DNA from: Malacoraja senta
Lineage: Eukaryota
Assembly: GCA_038087875.1 (NCBI GenBank)
Contig: CM075997.1
Coordinates: 7,070,001 to 7,134,000, forward strand
Direction of reading: 5' to 3'
DNA: 64,000 bases
Shown here: one piece after another, positions 22,493 to 36,195 of the stretch
Layout of the letters: each line of letters opens with the position of its first letter
Numbering within the stretch: position 1 is the first letter of the stretch
Program-made: the position numbers and the translations under genes
The notes under the pieces: model-generated
What the model was told of the DNA's origin: nothing
Databases searched by the model: none
What the model saw: the letters and a program-made list of their open reading frames with translations, nothing else

Positions 22493-24595
22493 AAGTTCAC
22501 AAGTTATAGTAGAATTAGGCCATTCGGCCCATCGAGTCTACTCCGCCATTCAATCATGGCTGATCTCTGCCTCCTAATCCCATTTTCCTGCCTTCTCCCC
22601 ATAACCCTTGACGCCCGTTCTAATCAAGAATTTGTCAATCTCTGCCTTAAACATATCCACTGACTTGGCCTCCACAGCCCTCGGTGGCAATGAATTCCAC
22701 AGATTAACTACCCTCTGACTAAAGAAGTTCCTCCTCACCCCCTTTCTAAAAGAGCGCCCTTTAATTCTGAGGCTGTGACCTCTTGTCCTGGACTCTCCCA
22801 CCAGTGGTAACATCCTCTCCACATCCACTCTATCTATGCCTTCCATTATTCTATAAGTTTCAATGAGGTCCCCCCTCAACCTTCTAAACTCCAGCGAGTA
22901 CAGGCCCAGTGCCAACACACGCTCATCATAGGTTAACCCACTCATTCCTGGAATCATTCTTGTAAACCTCCTCTGGACCCTCTCCAGAGCCAGCATATCC
23001 TTCCTCAGATATGATACCCACATTTGCTCACAGTACTCCAAATGCAACCTGATAGAGCCTCAGCATTACATCCCTGTTTTTGTATTTCAGTCCTCGATTT
23101 AAATGCTAGCATTGAATTTGCCTTCCTTTCTACCGATTCGACTTGCAAATTAACTTTTTGGGAGTCCTGCACCAGCACTCCCATGTCCCTTTGCACCTCT
23201 AAATACCGGATTCTCTCTCTTTATTTAGAAAATAATCTACGCCTTTATTCTAATTACCAAAATGCACGACTCCACACTTTGCTATATTGAGTTTCACCTG
23301 TCATTTCTCTGCCCACTCTCCTAACCAGTCTCAAGGGGCTGTCCCACTTGGGCGACCTAATTGGCGAGTTTAGAAGAGTTTGAAAAAAGGACATGTTGAA
23401 GACCTCCTTCGACTATGTTGAAACCAGCTTCGACTAGCTACGACTAACTTCGGGAAAATTGGACACCGAATAGTGGAGAGTGAAGACGACCTCCTTCGAT
23501 CTCCTTCGACCTCCATTCGACTATGATGAAGACTATCTACGACTACCTTTGACTACCCTCGATTACCTACGACTAACATGCCGACCTACTACGACCTACT
23601 ACGACTAAACCTACGAGTAAAAAAAGTATCAATTTTTTCCATGGCGACCTTTTTTTTACTCGCGGGCATTTTTTAATATATTGAAAAAAACGCAGTGACC
23701 TAGCTGAGGCCACTCTCGAGCATGAAGGAGAGTTACGAAGACCCCCTACGACCTCGAGTCGACCGTGCTGCGAGTATGAGTCGAGGGCAAACTCGCCAGA
23801 ACCCGCGGATTAGGTCGTTCAAGTGGGACAGGCCCTTACAGTAAGTCCTTCTGCAGAGTCCTTGCTTCCTCTACACTACCTGCCCCTCCACCTATCTTAG
23901 CATCAACTGCAAACTTGGCCACAGAGCCTTCGATCCCCTTATCCAAACCATTAATATACAACGTGAAGAGAAGCGGCCCCAGCACTGATCTTTGCGGAAC
24001 TCCGCTAGTCACTGGCAGCCAACCTGAAAAAGCGCCTTTTATTGCAACTCTTTGCCTTCTGCCATCCAGCCAACCCGTTATCCATGCTAGTATCTTCCCT
24101 TTAATACCATGGGCTCTCATCTTCCCTAGCAGCCTGACGTGTGGTACCTTATAGAAGGCCTTCTGAAAATCTAGGTAAACAACATCTACAGCCTCCCCTC
24201 TGTCTGTCCTGCTATTAACTTCCTCAAAGAACTCCAGCAGATACGTCAGGCAAGATCTTCCCTTCACAAAACCATGCTGACTTCGGCCTATTTTATTGTG
24301 AACTTCCAAGTACTGCGTAACCTCATCCTTTATAATTGACTCTAAAATCTGACCAACCATCGAAGTCAGGCTTACCGGCCTATAGTTCCCGCTCTTCTGC
24401 TTGTACAGCGGGGTGATATTATCGCAATTTTCCAATCTTCAGGAACCACTCCTAACTCTAGTGAATATTGAAATATCACAACCAGTGCCTCCACAATCTC
24501 TGAGGCCACCTCCTTCATAACATTAGGGTGCAGTTCATCCAGTCCAGGTGACATCCACCCTCAGACCTTTCAGTTTTCCTAGCACCTTCTCCTGA
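22493..24595 (-). mobile_element. CR1 LINE fragment interrupted by a MITE
   Basis: ORFs 23836-24435 (NYRPVSLTS, DFQKAF, GVPQ.SVLGP) and 22574-23047. Confidence 0.92.
23334..23836. mobile_element. PIF/Harbinger-type MITE, related to family A
   Basis: TIRs aggggctgtcccacttg / caagtgggacaggccct; actacgac-rich interior. Confidence 0.78.
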
Positions 24596-26592
24596 GGTAG
24601 AGAGATGCTGCCTGACCCGCTTGAGTTACTCCGACATTTAGTGTCAATCTTCTATACTCGATACTCTGACTGATGAAGGCCAATGTGCCAAAAGCCTTTC
24701 TGACCACCCCATCTACCTGTGGCACCCCCTTCAAGATGTTATTATTTATTTATTAGGCTAAAATCAAAAATTGGGACGCACATCTTGTACAAAAGAAGTC
24801 TGATTACAACAGACTGGGGCGGCACAGAGACCCGGGTTCGATCCCGACTACGGGTGCTGTCTGTACGGAGTTTGTACGTTCTCCCCATAACCTGCGTGGG
24901 TTTTCTCCGAGATCTTCGGTTTCCTCCCACACTCCAAAGACGTGCAGGTTTGTAGGTTAATTGGCTTCGGTGTAAATGTAAAAGCGTCGGGGATTGCTGG
25001 TCGGTGCAGACTCGGTGGGCCGAAGGGCCTGTTTCCGTGCTGTATCTCTAAACTAAACTAAACTAAAACTAGAGGAATGTTTTAGGAGTTGGGGATGGAG
25101 GTTGAGGCTTTCAGTTATCAGTTTAAGAAGGAACTGCAGATGCTGGAAAAATCGAAGGTAGACAAAAATGCTGGAGAAACTCAGCGGGTGAGGCAGCATC
25201 TATGGAGCGAAGGAATAGGTGACGTTTCGGGTCGAGACCTAAGGGAGTCAAGTTCCATAGATGCTGCCTCACCCGTTGAGTTTCTCCAGTATTTTTGTCG
25301 TCCTTCGATTTTTCCAGCATCTGCAGTTCTTTTTTAAGCTAAAGATTTCGGGTCGAGACCCTGCTTCACACTGATGTGGAGGGTCTCGTCTGTCTTTCTG
25401 TAGAAGGGTCTCGACCCGAAACGTCACCTATTCCTTCGCTCCATAGATGCTGCCTCACCCGCTGAGTTTCTCCAGCATTTTTGTCTACCTTCAGTTGTCA
25501 GTTTAGTTTATTGTCACGTGTACCGAGGAACAGGAATCGCTGGTTGGCGCGGACTCGGTGGGCCGAAGGGCCTGTTTCCGTGTTGTATCTCGAAAACTGA
25601 ACTAAACAAAACATCTCGGTAACCCCCTCAATAACTGTCACATCTCATCACTGGTGTCTCTGCGATTTTCTGTTGACGATGGCAGGCTGCCATGCCTGAA
25701 CTCATTTCTGTCCTTAATACGTTGGTGAAATTGTTAAAACAAATGTTTTAAATATTCTGTCTGTATCATAAAGATTACAGGCGTTTGGCAGGGATTTAAG
25801 CACTTCTTTATGCCTACGTTCATAATCTGCCTCAGATTCACTGCTGAGGCTTGAGCCACATCAAGAGCTCAGATGGATTACTCTGCTGACAGTCCATGCT
25901 CATAATTGATTGCCACTGCTGTAATCATTCAGCAAGTCATTAAATCGTCTATTTGTCTCTCCCTCCAGCAGCTATCCAGGCAGCATGTCCGTTTAGTTTC
26001 ACCGAGTCCGCACCGACCAGCGATCCCCGCGCATTAACACTATCCTACACTAGCTAGGGACAATTTACATTTACACCAAGCCAATTTACCTACAAACCTG
26101 TACGTCTTTGGAGTGTGGGAGGAAACCGAAGATCTCGGAGAAAACCCACGCGGGTCTTGGGGAGAACGTACAAACTCCGTACAGACAGCACCCGTAGTCG
26201 GGATCGAACCCGGGTCTCCGGCGCTGCAAGCTCTGTAAGGCAGCAACTCTACCGCTGCGCCACCGTGTCGCCCTAATGAAAGTGTTGACTGATGCAGCCT
26301 CCCACTTAATTTCCCATCTTGCTCTCAAGTTGATTCTAACATATCTAGACCAGGTACTAAAGATAGACACAAAGTGCTGGAGCAACTCAGCGGGACAGGC
26401 AGCATCTCTGGAGAGAAGGAATGGGTGATGTTTCGGGTCGAGACCCTTCTTCAGACTTCTTGTCACTGATCAGGTTAAGTCTGCTCTCCAGTTATGGAGT
26501 GGTGAGATTTGAATAAATTAAATTATGAATGGTGTTAATTAGCAGAGCTTTTACAGATTGGCTTCTGTTCTGATTAGTGTCTGGAACTGCAA

Positions 26593-26783
26593 AGGGCCTG
26601 TCCCACTTGGGCATCATTTGCACGTCATTTACGCGACATAACTTATGCATTACGCGCGCATGGTGCGTGGTGACGTAGGCAGTGACGCGCGGTCGCGCGA
26701 GGCGCCCCAGGATTTTGGGATGTACAAAATCTTCGCGCGCCATCTGCGTGAACCGCAAATGATGCCCAAGTGGGACAGGCCCT
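26593..26783. mobile_element. PIF/Harbinger-type MITE, family D
   Basis: Perfect TIR agggcctgtcccacttgggcatcatttgc. Confidence 0.82.
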
Positions 26784-27059
26784 TAACTCATCCAGTGGAG
26801 GCACTTATGATCTCTCATTCAATGTTGTCAATGTTCAAAGCAAAAATACTGGGAATTCTTGCTTTCAATGTATTTCTTTGGGATGCATTGCGTGCAGTTC
26901 TGGTGTATTACGAGTTCCGGAGTTTGTAGATGGACACTAAAAGCTTCAGCTTTTTGTCACTATCTTCGATTTAAACCAGCATTTGCAGATCATTCTTACA
27001 CATTTCGTCTGGAGTTTGCAGTATTGCCTCAGATTCAATGGACGCTCCATTACAGGAAG

Positions 27060-27435
27060 GATAGTGAAAGGCTTGGATAGAGTGGATGTGGAGAGGATGT
27101 TTCCACTAGTGGGAGAGCCCAGGACCAGAGGTCACAGCCTCAGAATTAAAGGGCGTTCCTTTAGGAAGGAGATGAGGAGGAATTTCTTTAGTCAGAGGGT
27201 GGTGAATCCGTGGAATTCTTTGCCACAGAAGGCTGTGGAGGCCAAGCCAGTGGATATTTTTAAGGCAGAGATAGACAGATTCTTGATTGTTACGAGTGCC
27301 AGGGGTTACGGGGAGAAGGCAGGAGAATGGGGTTGGGAGGGAGAGATAGATCAGCTATGATTGAATGGCGGAGTAGACTCTATGGGCCGAATGGCCTTAT
27401 ACTGCTGCTATCACTTATGACCTTGTGACCTTATG
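27060..27435 (+). mobile_element. CR1 LINE 3' fragment
   Basis: IVKGLDRVDVERMFP...QRVVNPWNSLP; (tatgacct)n tail. Confidence 0.88.
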
Positions 27436-28083
27436 ACCACTCCGTCATACTAGTCTTTGTTGACTACCGTTGTGCCACCATGCAGCATCGGTTGCCTTGT
27501 CGGATGTGAATGGGATTGTAACCAAACCCAACTCACCCCTAACCACTGTCCACATGAACAACGTCAGCTATTTATACAGTGCGGTTAGATCATAAGACCA
27601 TCATGTTCACAAGTGATAGGACCTTCTCCTTGTTACACTGTGACCACAAGGGTTTTCTCCTGGTGCTCCGGTTTCCCCCCACAACCCAAAGACGTACAGG
27701 TTTGTAGGCTAATTAGCTTGGTATAAGTGAAAGTTGTCCCGAGTGTGTGTAGGATAGTGTTAGTGTGCGGGGATCGATTGTCAGTGTGGACTCGGTGGGC
27801 TGAAGGGCCTGTTTCCATGCTGTATCTCGAAAACTAAACTAAACGAAACTAAATGAGTTAGGGGGAGGGTTGAGATGGAAGGGAGTCCATCGGGACTATT
27901 TTGAATACTTTTGTAACTACATTGCCACCCTTAATGTGGCCACTATTTGCATACCTGTGTATTGTACGCAAAACATAGAATACACTGTACCAAGTATATG
28001 CGACAATAAAGTATCAATCAATCAATCCATAAACTAAACTAAACTAACTAAACTAAACTGAACTAAATAGTGAATACTAATAA

Positions 28084-28473
28084 AGCCCCTGTCCCACTTA
28101 GGAGCCTAAACAGCAACCTCTGTTGACGTTGCCCGCCACCCAAAAAAAAATCAAGGTGGAGGTGACCTGCAACCTCCTACCACCTCCCACGCACATGTTG
28201 AAAACCTTCCTCGACTATGAAGAAAACCGGCTTCGACTAGACCTGCGATTAAAAAGTGATCGATGTTTAAAACGGCAACCTATTTTTAGTCGAGGCCGGT
28301 TTTAAACATGATGAAAAAATAGCAGCAACCTAGATGAAGCCTCGACCACGCGGAAACCACTTTCGACCATTAGGGGAGAGTGACCAAAACCTCCAGTGAC
28401 CTCATGGAAACCTTGGGTGGCGGGCAAGGTCACCAGAGATTGCTGTTTAGGTCTCCAAAGTGGGACAGGGGCT
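28084..28473. mobile_element. PIF/Harbinger-type MITE, family E
   Basis: TIRs agcccctgtcccactt / aagtgggacaggggct; TAA TSD. Confidence 0.82.
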
Positions 28474-30204
28474 TAAACCCCCACAATCTCTACCCAGCTG
28501 GGAACGTATGTGGGGGGAAATCTCAGCAAAGTTTGGCTCGATGTAGGAGAACCTTGACATGTGAGGAGTGAGTCTAATGCATGACCAGAAAGTGGTTCCC
28601 CATATCTGTGCAGGAAGGAACTGCAGATGCTGGTTTACAGCCCGAAGATAGACAATGAATGCTGGAGTAACTCAGCGGGACAGGCAGCATCTCTGGAGAA
28701 AAGCAATAGGCGACGCTACTGGTCTGAAGTTACGGGGACAGTTTCTTCCCAGCTGTTATCAGGCAACTGAACCATCCTACCACAACCAGAGAGCAGTCCT
28801 AAACTACTATATACCTCATTGGTGACTCTCAGACTATCCTTTAAGAAAGAACCACAGATGCTGAAAAAATCGAAGGTAGACAAAAATGCTGAAAGAACTC
28901 AGCGGGTGAGGCAGCATCTATGGAGAGAAGGAAATAGGTGACGTGTCTCATCCTGACCTTGAAGGGTCTTGACCCGAAACATCACCAATTCCTTCTCTCC
29001 ACAGATGCTGCCTCATAACATTGAGTTTCTCCAGTATTTTTGACTACCTTGCACTATCCTTGATCGGACTTTGCTGGCTTTACCTTGCACTAAACGTTAT
29101 TCCCTTATCACGTATCTGTACACTGAAATAGATCGATTGTAATCATGCATTGTCTTTCCACTGACTGGTTAGCATGCAACAAAAAGCTTTTCACTGTACC
29201 TCGGTACCACGTGACAATAAACTAAACTGAACTGAAGCTGAACAGAACTGAAGGAGGGTCTCGACCCGAAACGTCACGCATTCCTTCTCTCCAGAGATGC
29301 TGCCTGACCCGCTGAGTTACTCCAGCATTTTGTGTCTATCACTGGTCACATCTGCCTGATAGAGCGAGATGTTATCCAGATGTTAGTGCTGGCTGGAGTT
29401 AAGACCCTACTTATGACAATGCTCTTTAAATGAAAGAGGATTTATCTGGTTAAGCTTTAAAGTGCAATTTAGTTCTGTAATTACTGCCGAAAATCAGATA
29501 ATTCCACCACAAATACGAATGATCAGCGATTATTTTTTTCTCTGGCTGGTTAACCGGTTATTGAATACATGTTGGCCTTTATTCAATATGCGGTCACAGG
29601 GAGAACGTTGAACAAGGACAATGATCGATTGTATATTGTGCCATACTCCCCAGAGAATATTTATAGAGACACAGAGTCATAGAGTGATACAGTGTGGAAA
29701 CAGGCCCTTCGGCCCACGCCAGCCAACATGTCCCAGATGCACTAGTCTCACCTGTCTGCGTTTGGCCCATATCCCTCCAAACCTGTCCTATCCATGTACC
29801 TGTCTAACTGTTTCTTAAATGTTGTGATAGTTCCAGCCTCAACTACCTCCTCTGGCAGCTTTTTCCAAACACCCACCACCCTTTGTGTGAAACATTTACC
29901 CCTCAGATTCCTATTAAATCTTTTCCCCTTCACCTTGAACCTATGTCCTCTGGTCCTCAATTCCCCTACTCTGGGCAAGAGATTCAGTGCATCTACCCGA
30001 TCTATTCCTCTCATGATTTTATACACTTCTATAAGATCTCCCCTCATCCTCCTGCGCTCCAAGGAATTGAGACCCGGCCTACTCAACCTCTCCCTAAATT
30101 TAGCTCCCTCCCGATATCATTGAAGGGATTGTTAGGGGAAACCAATTAAGGGCGGCACTGTGGCGCAGTGGTAGAGTCATTGCCTCACAGCGCCAGAGAC
30201 CCTG

Positions 30205-31700
30205 TTGGAATTCTTTGAAGAAGTAAATAGTAGGACAGACAAAGGAGAGTCGGAGATGTCGGTAGGCTTGTATTCACTGGAGTTTAGAAGGATGAGGGGA
30301 GATCTTATAGAAACATATAAAATTATAAAAGGACTGGACAAGCTAGATGCAGGAAAAATGTTCCCAATGTTGGGCGAGTCCAGAACCAGGGGCCACAGTC
30401 TTAGAATAAAGGGGAGGCCATTTAAGACTGAGGTGAGAAAAACCTTTTTCACCCAGAGAGTTGTGAATTTGTGGAATTCCCTGCCACAGAGGGCAGTGGA
30501 GGCCAAATCACTGGATGGATTTAAGAGAGAGTTAGATGGAGCTCTAGGGGCTAGTGGAGTCAAGGGATATGTGGAGAAGGCAGGCACAGGTTATTGATTG
30601 GGGACGATCAGCCATGATCGCAATGAATGGCGGTGCTGGCTCGAAGGGCCGAATGGCCTCCTACTGCACCTATTTTCTATGTAATCTATCTATCTCTATC
30701 TATTTTGTTCACCTCGTTTTTTCAGAAAGCCTTTGACAAGGTGCCTCACGTGAGGCTGCTAAGGAAGATGAGAGCTCACGGTATCAGAAGGCAGATACCA
30801 GCATGGATGGCAGGTTGGCTGGATGGCAGAAGGCAAAGAGTGGCAATAAAGTGGGCTATTTCTGGTTGGCTGCCAGTGACTAGCGGAGTTCCGCAAGGCT
30901 TAGTGCTGGGACCGCTACTCTTCACGTTGATTAATGTTTTGGACGAGGGGATTGAAGGCTTTGTGGCCAGGCTTGCAGATAATACAAAAATAGGTGGAGG
31001 GGCAGGTAGTGTAGAGATAGCAGATGGAATATAGTGTAGCAAAGTGTGGAGTCATGCATTTTGGTAGCAAGAATAAAGGCGTAGACTATTTTCCATAGGG
31101 GGAGAGAATCCAGAAATCAGAGGTGCAAAGGGACTTGGGATCACTGGTGCAGGATTCCCACAAACTTAATCTGCAAGTCGAATTGGTAGTAAAGAAAGCA
31201 AACGCAATGCTGGCATTTATTTCCAGAGGGCTTGTGTACAAAAACAGGGATGTAATGCTGAGGCTTTATAAGGCGCTGGTCAGGCTGCATTTGGAGTATG
31301 GTGAGCAATTTTGGGCACAATATCTGGGGAAGGATGTGCTGGCTCTGGAGAGGGTCCAGAGGAGGTTTACAAGAATGATCCCAGGAATGAGTGGGTTAAC
31401 ATATGATGAGTGTTTGTCGGCACTGGGCCTGTACCCGCTGGAGTTTAGAAGGATGGGAGGGGATCTCATTGAAACTTACCAAATAGTAAAAGGCCTGGAT
31501 AGAGTGGATGTGGAGAGGATGTTTCCACTAGTGGAAGAGTCTAGGACAAGAGGTCACAGCCTCAGAATTAAAGGACATCCCTTTAGGAAGGAGATGAGGT
31601 GAAATAGTTTTAGTCGGAGGGTGGTGAATCTGTTGAATTCATTGCCATAGAAGGCTGTGGAGGCCAAGTCAATGGATTTTTGTATGGGAGAGATACATAG
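30205..31700 (+). mobile_element. CR1 RT fragment with a second CR1 3' end nested at about 30262-30690
   Basis: LEFFEEV...[insert]...FQKAFDKV, GVPQG, LADN, ERVQRRFTR. Confidence 0.88.
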
Positions 31701-31801
31701 ATACCTGAGCTACAAAACCCACGCAGGTCATGGGGAGAACGTGCAAACTCCGTACAGACAGCAGGATCGAACCCGTGTCTCTGGCACTGCAAGAGCTGTA
31801 A

Positions 31802-32009
31802 AGGGCCTGTCCCACTTAGGCATCGTTTGCGCGTCATTTACGCGACATAATTTACGCATCACGAGGCACGACGCGCGCTGCGTGATGCGCGCATGGCGTG
31901 CATTACGCGCGCATGGTGTGCATTACGCGCGCATGGTGCGTGGTGACGTAGGCAGTGATGCGCGGTCACCTGCGTGACGCGCAAATGACACCCAAGTGGG
32001 ACAGGCCCT
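31802..32009. mobile_element. PIF/Harbinger-type MITE, family D, in a V-SINE head
   Basis: TAA TSD in gctg-taa-ggcagc. Confidence 0.85.
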
Positions 32010-33219
32010 TAAGGCAGCAACTCCACCGCTGCGCCACCGTGCCGCCTGAATGTTCTTTAGATACTGCGTGGAAACAGGCCCTTCGGTCCACCGAGTCCGC
32101 ACCAACCATCAATCAACCCCGTAACCTAATTCCACCCTACTCACACTGGGGACTATTCTCTGAAGCCAATCAAGCTACAAAAGTGCATACCTTTGTAATG
32201 TGGGAGGAAACCCATAACGCCCGGAGAAAACCCACAGGATCACACGGAGAACGTACAAACTCTGTGCAGACAGGGTCTAAAGAAGGACCTCGAGCCAAAA
32301 TGTCACCTCTGCCTTTTCTCCAGAATGCTGCCTGACCCGCTGAGTTACTCCAGCACTTTGTGCCAATCTACCTGTAGTTAGGTCCGAACCCGGTTCTCTG
32401 GCGCTGTAAGGCAACAACTCTACCGCTGTACTGCCACCGTGCTGCCCTGTGTGCATGGCGTATGCATGTACATACACACGTGTGTGTATATCAACGAAGG
32501 AATGAATGATATTTTATTGTCACGTGACAAGTCACAATGATATTCTTTGCTTTGTGTACCCAAGGTATGCAAAGAGTCGCCACATAAAGGGCGCCGTAAG
32601 TTACAAAGTATTTCCATTTTAACTCTAACTATTTTTAACACGTTCCTTTTGTCTCCCCCACCTCGGGTCTTCCTTTGTTCTCGGCAGCGCGTACGATCGT
32701 GGACCATTCTCGACCACCAGACCAGACCAAACTTCTCACCGGCCCGACCTTCGCACCAGCCCGACCTTCTCATGGGCCCGACCTTCTTGCCCGACCTCCA
32801 CACCAGCCCTAACGCGACCACTGACCACCGGCCTGACCTTGACCAACGGCCCCCTCATCGATCGCCGGCCCGTCCACTTCGACTTGAGTTAGAAAGAGCT
32901 CTTAAGGATAGTGGAGTTAAGGGATATGGAGAGATGGCAGGAACGGGGTACTGATTGTGGATGATCAGCCATCATCACATTGAATGGCGGTGCTGGCTCG
33001 AAGGGCCGAATGGCCTACTCCTGCACCTATTGTCTATTGTCTATTGACTGCCGCTGCCGAGTCCACCCCTGACCCCTCTGTGGTGCCGATCTAGGCACTG
33101 GCCGCGCGGACCCTCCTCCCAGCCTCCCCCCGGAATATAACCAAGTGGTCAAGTACATCTGCACCCCATGTTGTTTCCTGTCTTCATTGAATCAAGCAGA
33201 AACATAGAAAATAGAAACA

Positions 33220-33715
33220 TATTCTTGCTATTGAGGGAGTGCAGCGTAGGTTCACCAGGTTAATTCCTGGGATGGCAGGACTGACATATGATGAATGAAT
33301 GGGTCGCCTGGGCTTATGTTCACTGGAATTTAGAAAGATTAGAGGGGATCTTATAGAAATGTAAAATTCTTAAGGGATTGGACAGGCTAGATCCAGTAAA
33401 AATGTTGGGGGAGTCCAGAACCAGGGGTCACAGTTTAAGAATAATGGGTCGGCCATTCAAGACTGAGATGAGGAAAAACGTTTTCACCCAGAGAGTTGTG
33501 AATCTGTGGAATTCTCTGCCACAGAAGACAGTGGAGGCCGATTCACTGGATGTTTTCAAGAGAGAGTTGGATATGGCTCTTGGGGCTACCAGAATAATGG
33601 GATAGGGGGAGAAAGCAGGAACGGGGTACTGGTTTTGCAAGATCAGCCATGATCACGTTGAATGGCAGTGCTGGCTCGAAGGCCTACTCCTGCACCTATT
33701 TCCTATGTTTCTATG
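33220..33715 (+). mobile_element. CR1 LINE 3' fragment
   Basis: SRTRGHSLRI...QRVVNLWNSLP followed by the CR1 tail. Confidence 0.87.
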
Positions 33716-34479
33716 AATCATGTAACTATCTTCCTAACGTTTTCACCGCGTTTATTCGCCGCGCCTGTGATAAATGCTTCGGGTCTTAAGCGCTATCGGT
33801 TATAATTGAACGGCAAGCAGAGGTCTCTCCTCCCCAGGTCTATTAAGAGTCATGTACCACCAACTCTAGGCAGAACACTCGATATCGGACGATGGACAGA
33901 TATTCCCCCAAGCTCAGCCTTTCTTCCCAATGACCTCGTCAGCGTTTTCGCTCACAGTGCACCCATTATTAATGGACTTGTCAGCCGCGCAGCTGTATAA
34001 CGCCAGCACTTGGTGATTAACTATGAAGGCGAACGATGGAGTGGAGATCTTTTTAATCACAAAGGGACGCACAATAAATAACCTTTGAACCAATCTGGGC
34101 CTGTGACTGACAAGCTATCACCCAGTCCCCAGTAACGAGAAATAAATGAACTGGATGTCACGACTTTGAATGGTGAGCAGCGTATTAATGTGTAACCGGG
34201 CAGTAACTGGGAAATACAGTCACAGAGTGATACAGTGTGGAAACAGGCCCTTCGGCCCAACTTGCCCACACCGGCCAACATGTCCCAGCTACACTAGTCC
34301 CACCTGCCTGCGTTTGGCCCATATCCCTCCAAACCCGTCCTATCCATGTACCCATGTCTGAAGAAGGGTTTCGGACATGGCCTATTTCCTTCGCTCCACA
34401 GATGCTGCCTCACCCGCTGAGTTTCTCCAGCACTTTTGTCTACTATCCATGTACCTGTCTAGCTGTTTATATAGGACAT

Positions 34480-34990
34480 TATAGCCATAGAGGGAGTGCA
34501 GAGAAGGTTCACCAGACTGATTCCTGGGATGTCAGGACTTTCATATGAAGAAAGACTGGATAGACTTGGCTTATACTCGCTAGAATTTAGGAGATTGAGA
34601 GGGGATCTTATAGAAACGTACAAAATTCTTATGGGGTTGGACAGGCTAGATGCAGGAAGATTGTTCCCGATGTTGGGGAAGTCCAGGACAAGGGGTCACA
34701 GCTTAAGGATAAGGGGGAAATCCTTTAAGACCGAGATGAGAAAAAACGTTTTCACACAGAGAGTGGTGAATCTCTGGAACTCTCTGCCACAGAGGGTAGT
34801 TGAGGCCAGTTCATTGGCTATATTTAAGAGGGAGTTAGATGTGGCCCTTGTGGCTAAAGGGATCAGGGGGTATGGAGAGAAGGCAGGTACGGGATACTGA
34901 GTTGGATGATCAGCCATGATCATATTGAATGGCTCGAAGGGCCGAATGGCCTACTCCTGCACCTATTTTCTATGTATCTATGTATCTATG
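34480..34990 (+). mobile_element. CR1 LINE 3' fragment
   Basis: ORF 34496-34900. Confidence 0.9.
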
Positions 34991-35779
34991 TTTCTTTAAC
35001 GTTGGCAAAGTCCCAGCCTCAACTACCTCCTCTGGCAGCTTGTTCCGTGCACCCACCACCCTTTGTGTGAAAAGTTACCCCTCAGATTCCTATTAAATCT
35101 TTTCCCCTTCACCTTAAATCTCTGTCCTCTGGGCCTCGATTCACCCACTCTGGGCAAGAGACTCTGTGCATCTACCCGATCTATTCCTCTCATGATTTTA
35201 TACAATATATTAAGTATATATGAAATTTTATATTTTAGTCAGAGGGTGGTGAATCTGTGGAGTTCTTTGCCATAGAAGGCTATGGAAGCCAAGTCAGTGG
35301 ATATGTTTAAAGCGGAGATAGATAGATTCTTGATTAGTACGGGTGTCAGGGGTTATGAGGAGAAGGCAGGAGAATGGGGTCAGCCATGATTGAATTGCGG
35401 AGTAGACGTGATGGGCTGAATGGCCTAAATCTGCTCCTATCGCTTATGACCTTCGATCAGGGTTCGATCCTGACTACGGGTGCACTCTGTGTGGAGTTTG
35501 TATGTTCTCCCTGTGACCACATGGGTTTTCTCCGGGTGTTTCAGTTTCCTCCCATACTCCAAAGGCGTGCAGGTTTGTAAGTTAATTGGCCTTTGTAAAT
35601 TTCCCCTAGTGTGTTGAATTAAAAGGTAGACAAAAGTGCTGGAGAAACTCAGCAGGTGAGGCAGCATTTATGGAGCGAAGGAAATAGGCAATGTTTCGGG
35701 CCGAAACCCTTCTTCAGACCTCAAATTAGAAATCGGGATAACAGAACTAGTGTAAGGGTGATTGTTGGCCGGCGTGGAT

Positions 35780-36195
35780 GAGGTTGTCGTGTTTAATAGC
35801 CTGATGGCTGTAGGGAAGAAGCTGTTCCTGAACCTGGACGTTACTGTTTTCAGGCTACTGTACCTTCTTCCCGATGGCTGTGGTAAGATGAGTGTGTGGC
35901 CAGGATGGTGTGGGTCTCTGATGATGTTGGCAGCCTTTTTGAGGCAGCGACTGCGATAGATCCCTTCGATGGTGGGGAGGTCAGAGCCGATGATGGACTG
36001 GGCAGTGTTTACTACTTTCTGCATCCTTTTCCGCTTCTGAACGGTCAAGTTGCCGAACCAGGCCACGATGCAACCGGCCAGCATGCTCTCTACTGTGCAC
36101 CTGTAGACGTTCAAGAGAATCCTCTTTGACATACCGACTCTCCGTAATCTTCTCAGGAAGAAGAGGCGCTGATGTGCTTTCTTTATAATTGCATG
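35780..36195 (-). mobile_element. Rex1/Babar-like LINE fragment
   Basis: YRCTVESML...DPHHPGH...PSGRRY...RFRNSFFPTAIRLLN. Confidence 0.78.
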
